Assembly: GCA_045632875.1 (NCBI GenBank)
Contig: JAZQXN010000004.1
Location: 40,030-104,029 of the forward strand
Direction of reading: 5' to 3'
Origin: Lachnospiraceae bacterium
GTDB taxonomy: Bacteria > Bacillota > Clostridia > Lachnospirales > Lachnospiraceae
DNA: 64,000 nucleotides
Below, piece by piece: positions 61,882 to 64,000 of this stretch (the stretch's first letter is position 1; each line of letters starts with the position of its first letter). The notes beneath the pieces are model-generated. The model was not told where the DNA came from. It worked only from the letters and a program-made list of their open reading frames with translations, and made no database searches. The position numbers were made by a program, and so were the translations under genes.

Positions 61882-63437
61882 TATTCTTCCGCTCCTCTTA
61901 ATGATGGGTTAAATGCATCACGTAAACCGTTACCAAATAAGTTAAATGAAATCATTAATAATGAAATCGCAACTGCAGGGAACATAATAATATGTGGGTC
62001 AGTACTTAAGTACTGCTGACCATTTGAAAGTAATGTTCCTAAAGAAGTCATATTTCTTCCCTGGAAGTTTGCAATACCAAGGTAAGACAACATTGATTCT
62101 GTAAAGATTGTACTTGGAATTACAAGGATTACAGATGTAATAATTGTACCTAAAGCATTCGGGAAGATATGTTTAAACATAAGTCTTCTGTCTTTTGCAC
62201 CGAGAGTTCTTGCAGCAAGGATGTATTCCTGATTCTTAAATCTGTAGAACTGTGCTCTTACACGGTAAGCCGGTCCAATCCATCCTGTCAAACAGAATGC
62301 CAACAGCAATCCGACGAACGGCGACATCTTTCCGGTTGATACCAAGTGTAACTGTACTAAAGTTGCCAATACGATGAACGGAATACCGTTTAATACGTCG
62401 GAAATACGTTCACCAATCAAATCAATCCATCCACCATAATAACCTTCAACAGCACCATAAATAGCACCGAGAATAAGGTTAATTGCAGATACGAAAATGG
62501 ATAAAGCAAGAGATGTTCTAAGACCATATGCAAGTCTTACGAAGATATCAAATCCCTGTCCATCAGTTCCCAGATAGTGGGTTGGTTCGCTACCGGTTTT
62601 GTAAATGTAATAATTGTAGTAAAGAACACGTGCCTGAAGCATAGTTGTATCTTTCTTCATATAGTACATTACGTTGCCGTTTTCATCTCTTAAGTAGTTA
62701 TCTACAAGACCGTTTTTCATAACGGTTTCTAACTTCATAATGTTGCCGTTTTCATCCAAAGGATTACCCTTTGCATCATGACGATACCAGAAGTTAGCAT
62801 CTGCCTGGTTGTTATAATCACAGTATTCGTTGTTAATATCTACCATTGGATATACAACCTGGATTCCGGATTCTTTTTCCCATGCAATAATATCTTCATA
62901 TTCTGCTGTTGTAAGAGCTACATACTGGAAGCCCTTTGAGTAGTAAGAATGTGTTCTTACGGTTCTGTATGGTCTGCCCTGCATGTCATAAACTTCACCA
63001 ATGTTAATGATTGGAGAATATTCAGAATTCATTCCTTCTTCCCAATCAAATACACCGGCACCTTCTCCATCCTCGGCACCCATACCTATACCATTGTAAT
63101 AAATTAAATAGTTGTTATTTAATCTCTGTTCAAATCCGCCATCAAATACTTTCATGAATGAAAGTGCTGGAATGTATGGTCTGGATTTTACATATGTACC
63201 GTCTTTGTCACCAATTTCATAGTTGGAAATAAACGGTACAACGATAGCATACAAAGCAACAAGCATAATGATAATCGCTGCTACGATGGATGCTTTATTC
63301 TTTCTAAAACGAATCCATGCATCTTCCAAATAACCAATTGGTTTTGTTTTGAATTTTTCATCATGGATATTAGCTCCGGCCTGGGCGAATTCAAATTTCT
63401 CAGCCGGTATTTTTTCCATATCAAACTGATTATTCAT
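61881..63437 (-). CDS. oppC: Oligopeptide ABC permease with an enlarged extracellular loop
   Basis: RFRKNK, HYLGTDGQGFD, EYILAARTLGA and GNGLRDAFNP. Confidence 0.9.
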   Translation of the reverse strand: MNNQFDMEKIPAEKFEFAQAGANIHDEKFKTKPIGYLEDAWIRFRKNKASIVAAIIIMLVALYAIVVPFISNYEIGDKDGTYVKSRPYIPALSFMKVFDGGFEQRLNNNYLIYYNGIGMGAEDGEGAGVFDWEEGMNSEYSPIINIGEVYDMQGRPYRTVRTHSYYSKGFQYVALTTAEYEDIIAWEKESGIQVVYPMVDINNEYCDYNNQADANFWYRHDAKGNPLDENGNIMKLETVMKNGLVDNYLRDENGNVMYYMKKDTTMLQARVLYYNYYIYKTGSEPTHYLGTDGQGFDIFVRLAYGLRTSLALSIFVSAINLILGAIYGAVEGYYGGWIDLIGERISDVLNGIPFIVLATLVQLHLVSTGKMSPFVGLLLAFCLTGWIGPAYRVRAQFYRFKNQEYILAARTLGAKDRRLMFKHIFPNALGTIITSVILVIPSTIFTESMLSYLGIANFQGRNMTSLGTLLSNGQQYLSTDPHIIMFPAVAISLLMISFNLFGNGLRDAFNPSLRGAEE

Positions 63438-63438
63438 C

Positions 63439-64000
63439 TTATTTTTCCCCCATTCTGATTCTAGGATCCAAGAATCCGTAGCTTAAATCTACAAGAATCA
63501 TGCCACCTAAGCCTAAAACTGTATAGAACATACCACATGCCATAAATACATCATAGTCACGTAGTGTGATTGATTTCAAATATAACTGTCCAATTGCGTT
63601 AACTGCAAAAATCTGTTCAATAATCATAGAACCACTAAGTAATCCTAAGAATAAAGAAATGATGGTTGGCAAAATCGGAACCATAGCATTCTTTAAAGCA
63701 TGTCTGATGGTTGCCTGACTTCTTGTTAAACCTTTTGTTCTTGCAAGTAACATATATTCACTTGTAAGAGTTTCCGTGAGCTCTGCTCTGGTAAATCTTG
63801 AAAGTGAAGCAATTGTACCAAATGATAATGCCAATACAGGCAATACCATAGATTTAATCATGGTTGCTGAGAACCAACTACCACCTGCACTATGCAATGA
63901 TGATAAAATAATCGGGAATAATCCCCACTTATATCCTACAAAATACTGCAACACGAAAGCAAATACGTAACTAGGTACAGAAATAAATACCATTACCGCT
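63439..64000 (-). CDS. oppB: Oligopeptide ABC permease (5' part outside the window)
   Basis: SEYMLLARTKGL, HALKNA and DLSYGFLDPRI. Confidence 0.88.
   Translation of the reverse strand, partial: AVMVFISVPSYVFAFVLQYFVGYKWGLFPIILSSLHSAGGSWFSATMIKSMVLPVLALSFGTIASLSRFTRAELTETLTSEYMLLARTKGLTRSQATIRHALKNAMVPILPTIISLFLGLLSGSMIIEQIFAVNAIGQLYLKSITLRDYDVFMACGMFYTVLGLGGMILVDLSYGFLDPRIRMGEK

Noticed and set aside
1-64000. Many + strand 60-200 aa ORFs opposite long genes; CRISPR array; IS or prophage
   Set aside because: The ORFs are antisense shadows of well-supported genes; no regularly spaced repeat-spacer array, transposase, integrase or phage gene was seen

Overview
Chromosomal backbone of a low-GC anaerobic Firmicute, Lachnospiraceae-like by inference from gene order and the RplM/RpsI sequences. 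Almost all genes are on the minus strand. It contains trpS, an M42 peptidase, a TetM/EF-G-like GTPase fused to a Rae1/YacP (NYN) nuclease domain, GH36/GH2 galactosidases, an MCP, two HD-GYP proteins, rplM-rpsI, truA-ecfTA2A1, trmL, nth, an FMN riboswitch with ribU, and an Opp transporter whose OppD carries a very large insertion. The centrepiece is an approximately 14-kb selenium/glycine reductase locus: grdX-grdE-grdB(Sec)-trxB-trxA-grdA(Sec)-grdCD-selC-selA-selB-selD-yedF-desulfurase. Main oddities: (1) an in-frame GrdC-GrdD fusion with a possible internal start; (2) an atypical tRNA-Sec; (3) a near-duplicate promoter shared by grdX and an adjacent siroheme-reductase/metal-chelate ABC operon; (4) an approximately 360-bp REPIN-like rod hairpin plus two other intergenic palindromic elements sharing a TGAGC-loop-GCGA motif; (5) an unannotated 35-aa membrane peptide in a possible non-contiguous operon. 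No CRISPR array, transposase or integrase was seen. All family assignments come from motif recognition by eye, not database searches.
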